Shown: positions 1 to 10,094, numbered from the stretch's first letter. The stretch: DNA of 64,000 nucleotides from an uncultured Clostridia bacterium (GCA_947062475.1 CAMSQA010000004.1:12793-76792), one strand, 5' to 3'. The notes: generated from the letters alone by a model not told the origin. Translations and numbers: made by a program.

Positions 1-713
1 AAAGCACCTATATGAGACAGGTTGCAATAATTACACTTCTTGCCCATATCGGCAGTTATGTGCCTGCAAAAGAGGCAATAATACCAATAACTGATAGAAT
101 ATTCACAAGAGTGGGTGCAAGCGATGACTTGGCTTTTGGACAAAGCACATTTATGGTGGAAATGAGCGAAGTTGCTCTTATTCTAGCAAATGCAACAGAC
201 AAAAGTCTTGTTGTGCTTGATGAAATTGGAAGAGGGACATCAACTTTTGACGGTCTCAGTATTGCATGGGCGGTTGTTGAATATCTTTCAACAAAATATA
301 AATCAAAAACTCTATTTGCCACTCATTATCATGAATTAACTGAACTTGAAGGTGTTCTTGAAGGTGTAAAAAATTACAAGATTGCAGTTAAAGAAATTGA
401 AGATAGAGTTGTTTTCTTAAGAAAAATTGTTCGGGGTGGTGCAAATAAAAGTTTTGGTATAGAGGTTGCAAGACTTGCAGGCGTCCCAATAGATGTACTT
501 GATAGAGCAAAGGAAATTTCTCAAAATCTAGAAGCTGTAAATCAAAAACTTGACATGAATATTTTTAAAGAAAGAAAGACTCAAGCAGAAGATAAAACAA
601 AACTTGCATTAAGCATTTTGTCGACTATAAAAGATCTTGATATCAATAGGATTTCACCAATGTTTGCTTTTGATATTTTAAATGACCTTATAAAAAAGGC
701 TATGGAGGAATAA
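1..713 (+). CDS. mutS: DNA mismatch repair protein MutS, C-terminal part (5' end lies outside the window)
   Basis: The frame is open from the window edge. Translation ..[35 protein letters not shown] and ATHYHELT match the MutS ATPase/C-terminal region. mutL follows directly. Confidence 0.9.
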   Translation, partial: STYMRQVAIITLLAHIGSYVPAKEAIIPITDRIFTRVGASDDLAFGQSTFMVEMSEVALILANATDKSLVVLDEIGRGTSTFDGLSIAWAVVEYLSTKYKSKTLFATHYHELTELEGVLEGVKNYKIAVKEIEDRVVFLRKIVRGGANKSFGIEVARLAGVPIDVLDRAKEISQNLEAVNQKLDMNIFKERKTQAEDKTKLALSILSTIKDLDINRISPMFAFDILNDLIKKAMEE

Positions 714-716
714 AAG

Positions 717-2690
717 ATGAAAATAAACCTTTTAGAACCTAGTGTTTATAACAGAATATCTGCTGGAGAAGTGGTTGAAAAACCAGCATCTATCGTCAAA
801 GAGCTGGTCGAGAATAGTATAGATGCTGGTGCAAAAAATATTAGAATAGAAATTGAAGGTGGTGGTATAAAAAATATAACTATCTCTGATGACGGTTGTG
901 GTATTGAAAAGGAAGATATAGCCATAGCTTTTTTGCCACATGCTACAAGCAAAATCAAAAATGCAAATGATTTAGATGGAATTGTAAGTTTAGGTTTTAG
1001 AGGGGAGGCGCTTGCAAGTATAGCTGCTGTATGTCAGGTAAAACTTTCATCAAAGACAGGAGAGGAAAGTCTTGGTTATTTAATCAAAGTAGAAGGTGGA
1101 AATTTCAGTCAAGTCGAAGAAATTGCAAGGACAAAAGGGACGACAATAAGTTGCAGAAATTTATTTTTTAATACTCCTGTCAGAGCAAAATTTCTAAGAA
1201 AACCAAAAACAGAAGAATCTGAAATTACACACTTAGTAGAAAGATTTATGCTATCTTTTAGTAATATTGCTTTTCAATATTATGTAGATGGGAAACAGAT
1301 TTATAACACAAAATCCTGTAGTATGTCTGACATAATATATACAATATATGGAAGTGAAATTCATGAGAACCTTGTTGAAATCAATCATGAAGAACAAGAT
1401 TTTAAAATAAAAGGATTTATTACAAAACCTAAAATTTCAAAAAGTAATCGCACTTATCAAACACTTTTTGTAAATAATCGTTATGTAGAAAATTCTTTGA
1501 TTTCGGCATGTATAGCTAATATTTATTCTTCATTTTTGATGAAAGGAAGATTTCCAGTTTATGTAATTTCAATTTCTATTCCGCCTGAAAATGTCGATGT
1601 AAATGTTCATCCTTCAAAGCGTGAAGTCAAGTTTGAAAATCCAAATATGGTTTATGGAATAATTAGAAGGGCTGTTGAAAAGGCACTTCTGTCTGTTGAC
1701 CATATTCAAACTTTCTTGGGCAGAGATAAGATAGTTTCAAAAGAAAGTAATGATTTGTTTGCAGAAGAATTTATGTATGCAAATATACAAGAAAATAAAG
1801 ATGATTTTTTAAGTTTAGTAAACGAGAAAAAACCTGAAGTAAAACCAGAAGTTGAAAACGATGACAATACAAAAATACCTGAATATGAAGGTCAAAGTTT
1901 TAAAATAGGCTCATCTTTAAATGGTGAAGTTAAGGAAGTAGAGCTTGATGTTTCACAGCACAGCAATGTCAAAGATAAAGATATAGAAGATCTTGAAAAT
2001 ATGTCCTTGAAAGACAAAGTCATTACTTCTAAAAATAATTCTGTTTTCTTCTTTGACCAAAATGGCGAGAAATTTTATAGAGCTATAGAAACTGAATCAG
2101 AAAATTTTTTAAAAGCAAGCGTCAAAGATCAGATGATAATTCTTGGAACTTTATTCAAAACATATATAGTAATCGAATATAAAGATTCAGTTTATTTTAT
2201 TGATCAACATGCTGCTCATGAAAGACTTTTGTATGATAAATTGGTAAAAGGAGCTGATGAAAATACTCAAGCAAAACAACAACTTCTTGCTCCTTATACA
2301 TTTAGCGTAGGTGCAAAAGAATCGCAATCTTTGGATTTGATTATGCCAAATCTTGAAAAAATAGGTTTTGAGATAAATAAAAATGGATATAGTTATACTA
2401 TTCAAAGTCTACCTTATATTTTGTCATATATAAACCTATCAAGCTTTGTTGATGAGCTTGTTGCAGAAAGTTTAAATCTTGAAAGCAAACCAAGCGATTT
2501 TATTCATTCAAAACTTTGTCAATCAGCGTGTAAACATGCTATTAAAGCTGGTGATACAATTGGAAAAGATGAATGTGCTTACATAATTGAAGAAGTGAGA
2601 AAAGGTGTTATGCTTTGTCCTCACGGACGACCAATCACTCTTGTCATGACAAAACATGATTTTGAAAAAATGTTTAAAAGGATTGTCTGA
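717..2690 (+). CDS. mutL: DNA mismatch repair protein MutL
   Basis: 657-aa ORF. N-terminal GHKL ATPase motifs are present (ISAGEVVEKPASIVKELVENSIDAGA, SDDGCGI, GFRGEAL). The C-terminal region has QHAAHERLLYD, ACKHAIKAGD and CPHGRP. Canonical mutS-mutL order. Confidence 0.95.
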   Translation: MKINLLEPSVYNRISAGEVVEKPASIVKELVENSIDAGAKNIRIEIEGGGIKNITISDDGCGIEKEDIAIAFLPHATSKIKNANDLDGIVSLGFRGEALASIAAVCQVKLSSKTGEESLGYLIKVEGGNFSQVEEIARTKGTTISCRNLFFNTPVRAKFLRKPKTEESEITHLVERFMLSFSNIAFQYYVDGKQIYNTKSCSMSDIIYTIYGSEIHENLVEINHEEQDFKIKGFITKPKISKSNRTYQTLFVNNRYVENSLISACIANIYSSFLMKGRFPVYVISISIPPENVDVNVHPSKREVKFENPNMVYGIIRRAVEKALLSVDHIQTFLGRDKIVSKESNDLFAEEFMYANIQENKDDFLSLVNEKKPEVKPEVENDDNTKIPEYEGQSFKIGSSLNGEVKEVELDVSQHSNVKDKDIEDLENMSLKDKVITSKNNSVFFFDQNGEKFYRAIETESENFLKASVKDQMIILGTLFKTYIVIEYKDSVYFIDQHAAHERLLYDKLVKGADENTQAKQQLLAPYTFSVGAKESQSLDLIMPNLEKIGFEINKNGYSYTIQSLPYILSYINLSSFVDELVAESLNLESKPSDFIHSKLCQSACKHAIKAGDTIGKDECAYIIEEVRKGVMLCPHGRPITLVMTKHDFEKMFKRIV

Positions 2691-2691
2691 C

Positions 2692-3594
2692 ATGAAGGAG
2701 AAAGTATTGGTTCTATTAGGGGCTACAGGTGTAGGAAAAACTGCTTTATCAATCAAGCTTGCAAATAGATTTAATATGGAAATAATTTCTGCTGATTCTG
2801 TGCAAATTTTTAAAGAATTTGATATAGGCTCTGCCAAAATTACAAATAAAGAGATGCAAGGGGTTGTGCATCATGGAATTGACATAGTGACAGCAGATAA
2901 TGAGTTTTCGGTGAGTGATTTTGTAGAATTTGCAAAAGAGAAAATAAAGGAAATTTCCTCTAGAGGGAAAATACCTTTTATTGTTGGAGGCACAGGCCTT
3001 TACGTTAAAGCACTTGTTGAAGGTTTTAATTTTGGAGGCACGAAAAAAAATGAACAATTTCGAGAGGAACTTGAATTGCTTGTTAAAAATGAGGGATTGC
3101 ATGCGCTTTATAGCAAACTTAAATTGTTGTCTCCATCTATGGCAGAAAAGATTGACAAAAAAAATAAAGTTCGCCTTATTAGGGCGATTGAAATTGCGAC
3201 TTTTGGTAATGAAAAAAAACAAAATAAATCTTCGGAATATGATTTTAAACTCCTTTCTCTTTCTTTAAAAAGAGAAAAATTATATGAACGCATAAATTCA
3301 AGATGCAAACAGATGTTGACAAATGGCCTCGTTGAAGAAACAAGAGCTTTATTCGAAAAATATAGTTATTGTCAGCCTATGCGTGCAATCGGATATAAAG
3401 AAGTATTGCCATATTTAAAAGGTGAAATTTCTGAGCAAGAAATGCTTGAATTAATTTGCAAGCACACAAGAAATTATGCAAAACGACAGTTGACTTTCAT
3501 GCGAGGAATGAAAGATATAGAATATTTTGACATTGAAGAAGATGGATATTATGAAAAAATGGAGGAAGAAATAGAAAAATGGTTGAAAATATAA
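2692..3594 (+). CDS. miaA: tRNA dimethylallyltransferase MiaA
   Basis: P-loop LLGATGVGKT, SADSVQIFKEFDIGSAK and GGTGLYVKAL. ATG 2692 lies just after the mutL TGA (2688-2690). The ORF-track start at 2656 overlaps mutL and looks like an artefact. Confidence 0.93.
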   Translation: MKEKVLVLLGATGVGKTALSIKLANRFNMEIISADSVQIFKEFDIGSAKITNKEMQGVVHHGIDIVTADNEFSVSDFVEFAKEKIKEISSRGKIPFIVGGTGLYVKALVEGFNFGGTKKNEQFREELELLVKNEGLHALYSKLKLLSPSMAEKIDKKNKVRLIRAIEIATFGNEKKQNKSSEYDFKLLSLSLKREKLYERINSRCKQMLTNGLVEETRALFEKYSYCQPMRAIGYKEVLPYLKGEISEQEMLELICKHTRNYAKRQLTFMRGMKDIEYFDIEEDGYYEKMEEEIEKWLKI

Positions 3595-4808
3595 TTGCAA
3601 ATGCTGAGGAAAAATTGAAATCTCAATTTGCTCGGATTGATGAAATTGCTTTTTCTAATCAAAAAAAGGTGCTTAATGCATTTATAGATTTAAAGGTTTC
3701 ATCTCAATGTTTCACTGGAAGCACAGGATATGGTCATGGAGATATTGGTAGGGAAACTTTGGCAAAATTATATGCAAAGGTTTTTGGAGGTGAAAATGCA
3801 ATAATTTCACCACTTATTACCTGTGGCACTCATGCTATTTCAACGGTTTTATATGGACTTTTGCGTAGAGGAGATGTTATGCTTTCGGTTACTGGACTTC
3901 CATATGACACTATCCATGATACTATTTTTGGCAAAGATAATGGCTCGCTTGAAGAATTTGGTGTCAGATATGAACAGATTGATTTAATAAATGGTGGTGA
4001 ATTTGATAAAGAAAAAATCTTTAAAACTGTCAATAAGTTAAAGCCAAAAATGGTTTATTTGCAACGATCACGAGGATATAGTGATAGAAAAGCAATTTCT
4101 CCTTACGATATGAAAACTTTATTTGAAGAAATAAAAAGATTATCTCCAGAAAGCTTTATAGTTGTTGACAATTGTTATGGTGAATTTGTTGACAAAATAG
4201 AGCCAACGGATGCAGGTGCAGATGTTATTATGGGTTCTCTTATTAAAAATCCAGGTGGTGGAATTGCTCCTACAGGGGGATATATAGTTGGAAGTGAAAA
4301 AGCAATTGACATGATTTCAACTAGATTTACAAATCCTTCAATCAAACTTGATATCGGCTCATATGAAATCGGATATAGATTGTATTATCAAGGTTTGTTT
4401 TTATCGCCACATGTTGTTGCACAAGCACTTAAAGGAAGTCTTTTGGTTGGACAGGTGATGCAGGATAAAGGATACAAAATTGTGCCTTCAAATGATGAAC
4501 AACCTCAAGACATTATAAAATCTATTATATTTGATACTGAAGAAGAAATGATAAAATTTGTTCAACTTGTTCAAACAGTTTCACCAGTGGATGGCTATGC
4601 CTTGCCTTTGCCTTGGGATATGCCAGGATATAATGATAAAGTAATTATGGCTGCAGGAACTTTTGTTGGAGGGGCGTCAATTGAGTTGTCTTGCGATAGC
4701 CCAATCAGATCACCTTATATAGCCTATTTTCAAGGTGGACTTACCTATGAACATGTCAAGATTTTTGCAGAAAGAATTGCATATGACAGCACTTTTAAGT
4801 CAAATTAA
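3579..4808 (+). CDS. PLP-dependent Cys/Met-metabolism family protein (YnbB / 'aluminium resistance protein' type, methionine gamma-lyase-like)
   Basis: 409-aa ORF with good overall resemblance to the YnbB family (TGSTGYGHGDIGRE.., YLQRSRGY.., GSLIKNPGGGIAPTGGY). It sits after miaA, as in many Firmicutes. Confidence 0.7.
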   Translation: MVENIIANAEEKLKSQFARIDEIAFSNQKKVLNAFIDLKVSSQCFTGSTGYGHGDIGRETLAKLYAKVFGGENAIISPLITCGTHAISTVLYGLLRRGDVMLSVTGLPYDTIHDTIFGKDNGSLEEFGVRYEQIDLINGGEFDKEKIFKTVNKLKPKMVYLQRSRGYSDRKAISPYDMKTLFEEIKRLSPESFIVVDNCYGEFVDKIEPTDAGADVIMGSLIKNPGGGIAPTGGYIVGSEKAIDMISTRFTNPSIKLDIGSYEIGYRLYYQGLFLSPHVVAQALKGSLLVGQVMQDKGYKIVPSNDEQPQDIIKSIIFDTEEEMIKFVQLVQTVSPVDGYALPLPWDMPGYNDKVIMAAGTFVGGASIELSCDSPIRSPYIAYFQGGLTYEHVKIFAERIAYDSTFKSN

Positions 4809-4826
4809 TTTGAGAAATATAAGTTT

Positions 4827-4855
4827 AAAACATATCAAAAATGATATGTTTTTTT
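4827..4855 (+). terminator. Rho-independent terminator after the ynbB-like gene
   Basis: aaaacatatca / tgatatgtttt form a perfect 11-bp stem with an aaaa loop, followed by a T-run. Confidence 0.8.
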
Positions 4856-4916
4856 ATTAATTTTGATTTTAATTAATATCAAGTTCTTTTTTTTGAGTTT
4901 AAACATAAATTACAAT

Positions 4917-5531
4917 ATGACATATAAAAACAAAAAACGACAATTTAAAGATGCCACTAGATTTGCATGTGATATGTTGAAAGAAAGCAAATTTTTGGTA
5001 ATAGTAATATCAATAATTTCTATAATTGCTCTTTTGACGGGGATAATTGTTGCAATAAAAACTCGATCAAGCTTTTCTCATTTAGATGGATATGGTGTTG
5101 TTGACGTGAGAACAGGTGGGCTTACAACAAGTTTTTTTACAAGACTATTTTCAATGCTTTTTATTGCATTAATTTTGCTTGGCTGTTCTTTCTCAATTTA
5201 TATCTTTCCTATTGGAATTTTATTTTTATCATATAGGGCCTATCTGCTTGGTCTTAATGTTTGTTTGCTTATTATAAGATATGGTTTTTCTGGTGTTGTC
5301 ATTTCTGTAATTGTTGCCTTTCCTTGTCAACTTTTGGCATTAATAATTTTAGGAACGTTCTTTATTTTAATGACAAAAACAATAAAAGATTATAAATGTT
5401 TTGGAGGGTGCAGAGTTCCACAACAACGTGCAAAACTGATAGTTTTCACGTTCCTTTCTTTGATGATAATTTGCATTGTGGAATCTGTATTTTTGGTTCT
5501 TTTCAGTGCCAAGTTTATATTGATAATTTGA
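4917..5531 (+). CDS. Integral membrane protein, SpoIIM/DUF95-like (tentative)
   Basis: About 204 aa with several predicted TM helices. Size and topology resemble stage II sporulation protein M. No SD before ATG 4917. The family call is weak. Confidence 0.35.
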   Translation: MTYKNKKRQFKDATRFACDMLKESKFLVIVISIISIIALLTGIIVAIKTRSSFSHLDGYGVVDVRTGGLTTSFFTRLFSMLFIALILLGCSFSIYIFPIGILFLSYRAYLLGLNVCLLIIRYGFSGVVISVIVAFPCQLLALIILGTFFILMTKTIKDYKCFGGCRVPQQRAKLIVFTFLSLMIICIVESVFLVLFSAKFILII

Positions 5532-5617
5532 TTTGAATAGACTTTAATTATTTTAATAAATAGAAAGTATAAAAATTTCCCTTTGGCAAAAACTAATGTC
5601 GAAAGGAGAATGATATT

Positions 5618-6790
5618 ATGTTTAAAAAGATTTCAATATTTTGTATTATGTTATGTTTACTAGCAACAATATGTTGCACTAGTATGCAAAACATTACTTT
5701 TACACAAGCTCAAGCAAAAAAAGATGATGTAATGGATATTTCAAGTAAAAGTGCATGTCTTGTTGATTTTGCCTCTGGGACTATGCTTTATGAAAAGGAT
5801 GCGGATAAACATCTTCCAATAGCAAGTATGGTCAAAATGATGACAATTTTAATTACTCTTGAAGAGATGGAAAATGAAAATCTTTCTGAAGAAACTTTAA
5901 TTACTACATCAGAAAATGCATCTGGTATGGGTGGAAGCCAAGTGTTTATTGATCCTTTTGTTGAATATAAAGCTGGTGACCTTTTAAAAGGGGTGATTAT
6001 TGCTTCTGCAAATGATGCTTCTGTTGCTCTAGCCGAACATATAAGTGGAAGTGAAAAGACTTTTGTTGGCAGAATGAATGAAAGAGCGAAAGAACTCGGA
6101 ATGAACAATACAAATTATTCAAACTGCACAGGGCTTCCAGCTCCAGAACAATATTCTTGTGCCAGAGATTGTGCAATTGTTTTAAAAGAAGTTTCAAAGT
6201 ATGAAATTTATCATAAATACAGCACGATTTGGATGGAAGATTTCATTCATCCTTCAGGAAGAAAAACTGAAATTGTCAATACAAACAGACTTGTAAAATA
6301 CTATGAAGGCTGTGATAGTGGCAAGACTGGTTCAACAAATGAGGCAGGATGCTGTCTTTCAGCATCGGCAAAACGAAATAATATGAGACTTATATCAGTT
6401 GTAATTGGTGCACCAAACAGTCAAACACGTTTTAATGAATGCAGTAAATTGTTTAATTATGGATTTGCAAATTTTGAAAACAGAGAAATTGTTGGCATAA
6501 ATGAAGCTCTATTTAATCTACCAGTAAATAAAGGAAAAATTAACGAAGTAGAAATTTTCTCAGAAGAAGCATTTTCAGTTGTGGCAAAAAAGGGTGATAA
6601 AACATCGTATGATATCACTTATGAAAATCCTAAGAAGATTACAGCTCCTTTATCGAAAGGAGATAAGGTCGGAAAAGTTATAGTTTCAAAAGATGGAAAT
6701 GTTTTAAAAGAAATCAACTTAATAATAAAGGAAGATCTTCAAAAAGTTTCAATCAAAGACTGCTTTGATAAGATTGTTGTAGGTTGGTAA
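5618..6790 (+). CDS. D-alanyl-D-alanine carboxypeptidase (S11, PBP5/DacB/DacF type)
   Basis: Signal peptide; SxxK (ASMVKMMT), SxN (SANDAS) and KTG (GKTGST) motifs; RBS gaaaggag. It lies next to scpA-scpB, as dacB does in B. subtilis. Confidence 0.87.
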   Translation: MFKKISIFCIMLCLLATICCTSMQNITFTQAQAKKDDVMDISSKSACLVDFASGTMLYEKDADKHLPIASMVKMMTILITLEEMENENLSEETLITTSENASGMGGSQVFIDPFVEYKAGDLLKGVIIASANDASVALAEHISGSEKTFVGRMNERAKELGMNNTNYSNCTGLPAPEQYSCARDCAIVLKEVSKYEIYHKYSTIWMEDFIHPSGRKTEIVNTNRLVKYYEGCDSGKTGSTNEAGCCLSASAKRNNMRLISVVIGAPNSQTRFNECSKLFNYGFANFENREIVGINEALFNLPVNKGKINEVEIFSEEAFSVVAKKGDKTSYDITYENPKKITAPLSKGDKVGKVIVSKDGNVLKEINLIIKEDLQKVSIKDCFDKIVVGW

Positions 6791-6796
6791 AAAAAT

Positions 6797-6821
6797 GTCA
6801 TCATTATGATGACTTTTTTTT
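6797..6821 (+). terminator. Rho-independent terminator after the carboxypeptidase gene
   Basis: gtcatca-tta-tgatgac hairpin followed by T8. Confidence 0.75.
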
Positions 6822-6902
6822 GACTAAAAATAAGAAAAAAATGAATTTAAGTTTATATAAAAATTAAAGGTTTTTAGTAAAAATATAAAATATAAAAAAA
6901 TC

Positions 6903-6931
6903 TTGATTTTTATTTTAGATTATTGTATAAT
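6903..6931 (+). promoter_or_regulatory. Sigma-A-type promoter upstream of scpA
   Basis: TTGATT (6903-6908), 17-nt spacer, TATAAT (6926-6931). The -10 ends only 11 nt before the scpA ATG. Confidence 0.45.
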
Positions 6932-6942
6932 CTTTTTAGATT

Positions 6943-7740
6943 ATGTCAAACGAAAAGAAATTAAATACAGTTAAAGAAAATGATGAGGTTGTTGAAACAG
7001 AGCAGCTCTCTTTTGTTGATGATAAAGTAAGATTTAAACTCGACAACTTTGAAGGACCTCTTGATCTTTTGCTTCATCTTATCAAAGATGCCAAGCTTGA
7101 TATCATGACAGTCAAGCTCGCTGAAATTACAGAACAATATTTAGAGTATATGCAAGATCTAGACAATATTGATATGGAAAGAGCCAGTGAATTTATTATT
7201 GTGGCAGCAACGCTAATAGAAATCAAGTCAAAACATCTTTTACCTGTTGAAACAGAAGATGAAATTGAAGTTGAAGATAGTGAGACAATGCTTTTGCAAC
7301 GCCTAAAAGAATATGAGCTTTTCAAGGAAACAGGTGCCAGACTTAGAGAGATTGAAAATATCAATAAGATGTATAGAAAACCTGGCAAAGAAACAGAAAA
7401 AATTAAGGTCATAATTAAAGATATGGTATTAGACAAGCTTCTTGACGCCTTTGCAAATTTGCTGGCAAGGTCTGAAGCACGAGGCAAGGAAAAAGAAGCA
7501 CCAAAAAAGATTGTTAAAGACAGATTTACAGTTGCTGACAAAATTCTTTCTATTCGTGGCTATGCAAGAGAGCATAAAAGATTTCCTTTTGAGGAATTAT
7601 TTGCTCCTGACATGACAAAAAGTGAAATGATAAATGTTTTTCTTGCACTTTTAGAACTTTTAAAATTGCAAAATGTCAGAGTAGAGCAGGTTGGAATTTT
7701 TGCTCAGATAAACGTAATTTCAAATGAAGAAATAAATTAA
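6943..7740 (+). CDS. scpA: Segregation and condensation protein A (kleisin ScpA)
   Basis: FEGPLDLLLHLIKDAKLDIMTVKLAEITEQYLEYM is the typical ScpA N-terminus. scpB follows. Confidence 0.9.
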   Translation: MSNEKKLNTVKENDEVVETEQLSFVDDKVRFKLDNFEGPLDLLLHLIKDAKLDIMTVKLAEITEQYLEYMQDLDNIDMERASEFIIVAATLIEIKSKHLLPVETEDEIEVEDSETMLLQRLKEYELFKETGARLREIENINKMYRKPGKETEKIKVIIKDMVLDKLLDAFANLLARSEARGKEKEAPKKIVKDRFTVADKILSIRGYAREHKRFPFEELFAPDMTKSEMINVFLALLELLKLQNVRVEQVGIFAQINVISNEEIN

Positions 7741-7757
7741 TTTAAACGAGGGGAATA

Positions 7758-8447
7758 ATGGGAAAGATTGATACGATTATGAATTTAAAGGAAGTTGTTT
7801 TATCCATCCTTTTTGTCGCTGGTGATGGCATAGAAAAAGATTTTATAGCAGAAAAACTTGAAATCACTAATAAAGAACTTGCAAAAGCTATTGAAGAAAT
7901 AAAAAAATCATTCAATAGTGATAGTGGTATTCAACTGATTGAATATAAAAATAAAGTTCAATTATCTTCAAATCCAGTTTATGCAAACTACATATCAGAT
8001 GTATTAAATCCTATTAGAGAAAAATCTTTGACAAGAGCTGCTCTTGAAACTCTTGCTATAATTGCTTATAAACAACCAATTACAAAACTTGAAATAGAGG
8101 ACATAAGGCGTGTAAATTCTGACTATGCTGTTCAAATTTTAATTGACCAAAATATGATAGAAGTTGTTGGGAGAAAGGATGCTGTCGGCAAACCTTTAAT
8201 GTTTGGCACAACTGAAAATTTCTTAAAGAGATTTGATATTAAAAATTTGACAGATTTGCCAGATTATGAACAACTTTTAGAGAGAATTAAGACAATCAGA
8301 ACTGAAGAAGATGAGCAATCAGAAAATACATTGTTTAGAAATGTTGAAGATCTTGAATTTAATGAAGAATTGCCAGATTTTTTGAAAGGTGAAGACTTTT
8401 CTAAGATTGAAGCAGACAATCAAGATGACAAAGCTGATGCAGTTTAA
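7758..8447 (+). CDS. scpB: Segregation and condensation protein B
   Basis: LSILFVAGDGI.., LTRAALETLAIIAYKQPITKLEIEDIRRVNSDYAVQIL and GRKDAVGKPLMFGTTENFLKRF. RBS gagggg. Confidence 0.9.
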   Translation: MGKIDTIMNLKEVVLSILFVAGDGIEKDFIAEKLEITNKELAKAIEEIKKSFNSDSGIQLIEYKNKVQLSSNPVYANYISDVLNPIREKSLTRAALETLAIIAYKQPITKLEIEDIRRVNSDYAVQILIDQNMIEVVGRKDAVGKPLMFGTTENFLKRFDIKNLTDLPDYEQLLERIKTIRTEEDEQSENTLFRNVEDLEFNEELPDFLKGEDFSKIEADNQDDKADAV

Positions 8448-8470
8448 AAAGAGGTCTTGCCTCTTTTTTT
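8448..8470 (+). terminator. Rho-independent terminator after scpB
   Basis: aaaagagg-tcttg-cctctttt hairpin plus a T-run. Confidence 0.7.
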
Positions 8471-8680
8471 TATTACAAATTTTTATAATTAATCTATTTA
8501 GGTTTAATTTTGTAATTATAATTTTTATGCTTGCATAAATTTAAGTATGGAAGGTTTTAGGCAAAAAAGTTTTGGGCAAAGGTATGGACAAACAAAATTC
8601 AAAGTTCGTTTAAATAAACGAAAGCTTTGTTATATTATCTTTGCTTTTTTATGTTTAAGTGAAGTTTGTTTAGGTGTTTT

Positions 8681-9535
8681 ATGGGCACTAGGATATTAAA
8701 AGAAAAATTAAAAAAATTTCCTATTCATCCTTCTTTTATACTGCTATTTTTATGGTTTATTTTTACAAAAAATTTCTATTCATTTCTTTTATTTATTTCT
8801 GTAGTTATGAGCCATGAATTAGCTCACTTTGTTGTTGCAAAAAAACTTGGTTATAAATTAAGTTCTTTTTTAATTGCTCCATATGGTGTGTGTTTAAATT
8901 ACCAAGAGGACGCTTTTGAACAAAGAGATGAAATTTTAATTGCCTTTGCAGGACCTTGTGTAAACTTTATCCTCTCAATACTTTGTATTTCACTTTGGTG
9001 GATATTTCCAGTCTCATACAATTTTACAAATGAGTTTGTTTATCAATCATTAATGCTGGGACTTTTTAATCTATTGCCATGTTATCCACTTGATGGAGGA
9101 CGCATTTTTGTTGGGATGCTATCAAAAAATAAGACAAGAACTCAAAGTATAAAAATCACACGTGTGATCAATGTCATTTTTGCTTGTATTTTATTTATTT
9201 TGTTTTTTGTAAGTTTTTTCTTTGATTTCAATCCTTCATTATGTTTTTGTGGTGTGTTTATGATTTTAGGGCTTTTTGATATCCAAAGCGAGTGCAAATA
9301 TAAACCGATCGCATTATTTAAAAAAAAGACAAAGAATTTTTCTAAGCCTTTCTTTTATATGGTTGATTCTAATATTACGGTAGGACAAGTTTTAAAAAGA
9401 ATAGAACTCAATAAATTCACCATTTTTATAGTTCAATTTGATGACGGAAGGGTGAAGATGATTGATGAACTAAAAATTAAAAGACTTTCTTTAAAATATT
9501 CATTGACTGCAAAACTGTCAGATATAATAACCTGA
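8681..9535 (+). CDS. spoIVFB: M50 family site-2 metalloprotease, SpoIVFB-like
   Basis: HELAHFVVAKK (HExxH) in a TM helix, NLLPCYPLDGGRI (second M50 motif), about 284 aa with a CBS-like C-terminal segment. Size and architecture match SpoIVFB. ATG 8681 is preferred over the TTG at 8666. Confidence 0.55.
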   Translation: MGTRILKEKLKKFPIHPSFILLFLWFIFTKNFYSFLLFISVVMSHELAHFVVAKKLGYKLSSFLIAPYGVCLNYQEDAFEQRDEILIAFAGPCVNFILSILCISLWWIFPVSYNFTNEFVYQSLMLGLFNLLPCYPLDGGRIFVGMLSKNKTRTQSIKITRVINVIFACILFILFFVSFFFDFNPSLCFCGVFMILGLFDIQSECKYKPIALFKKKTKNFSKPFFYMVDSNITVGQVLKRIELNKFTIFIVQFDDGRVKMIDELKIKRLSLKYSLTAKLSDIIT

Positions 9536-9555
9536 TTGTTTTAAAAAAAAGTTTA

Positions 9556-10011
9556 TTATTCAATCATAAATGGAAGCAAACTGTCAATATTTGACCTTTC
9601 AAGTTCTGTTAATTTATCTAGTATTTCATCTAGTTCAACAGAAATTCCTTTATGATCACATTTATCTTTATAGCAGGTTAAAACCCCCATAAAAGTGCCA
9701 AGAAGCATAAGTTCAGCAATGTGTCTTGTAGTTTTGTCAGTCATTGTTGACATATTTATCGAACTCCAAAGCTTTGCTTTTTCAAACCAGTTGTTGTCTT
9801 TTAGACCTTCAATTTTCTCTGCTTTTGCAATAAGTTCACATTCTTTTTCAAGTAAAAGGTATTTGTCCTCTTCGGTAGCTAGTTCTCTTTTTAAATCATC
9901 ATTTTTAATTTTTGGAATAATATCTTCTATTGATTGAATTGCTGTCCTGATATTTTGATAAATTGCGTTTAAATATTCTGTCAGCAATTCTTTGTTTATT
10001 TCATTTTCCAT
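9556..10011 (-). CDS. Hypothetical helical protein (151 aa), family not recognised
   Basis: Strong RBS (aggagg, then 5 nt, then ATG on the minus strand). Helix-rich composition without TM segments. Convergent with the M50 gene and divergent from the cyclase-like gene. Confidence 0.6.
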   Translation of the reverse strand: MENEINKELLTEYLNAIYQNIRTAIQSIEDIIPKIKNDDLKRELATEEDKYLLLEKECELIAKAEKIEGLKDNNWFEKAKLWSSINMSTMTDKTTRHIAELMLLGTFMGVLTCYKDKCDHKGISVELDEILDKLTELERSNIDSLLPFMIE

Positions 10012-10094
10012 GTTTTCCTCCTAATTAATTGTGTGCCGTTTTCAGACAAATATTCTTCATGTATACATTTTCTTCTTTTGCAAAAAATATTTAT

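Noticed and set aside
8538-8612. 24-codon ATG frame (MEGFRQKSFGQRYGQTKFKVRLNK) in the scpB to M50 spacer
   Set aside because: It has no Shine-Dalgarno sequence, is very short, and shows nothing beyond an open frame.
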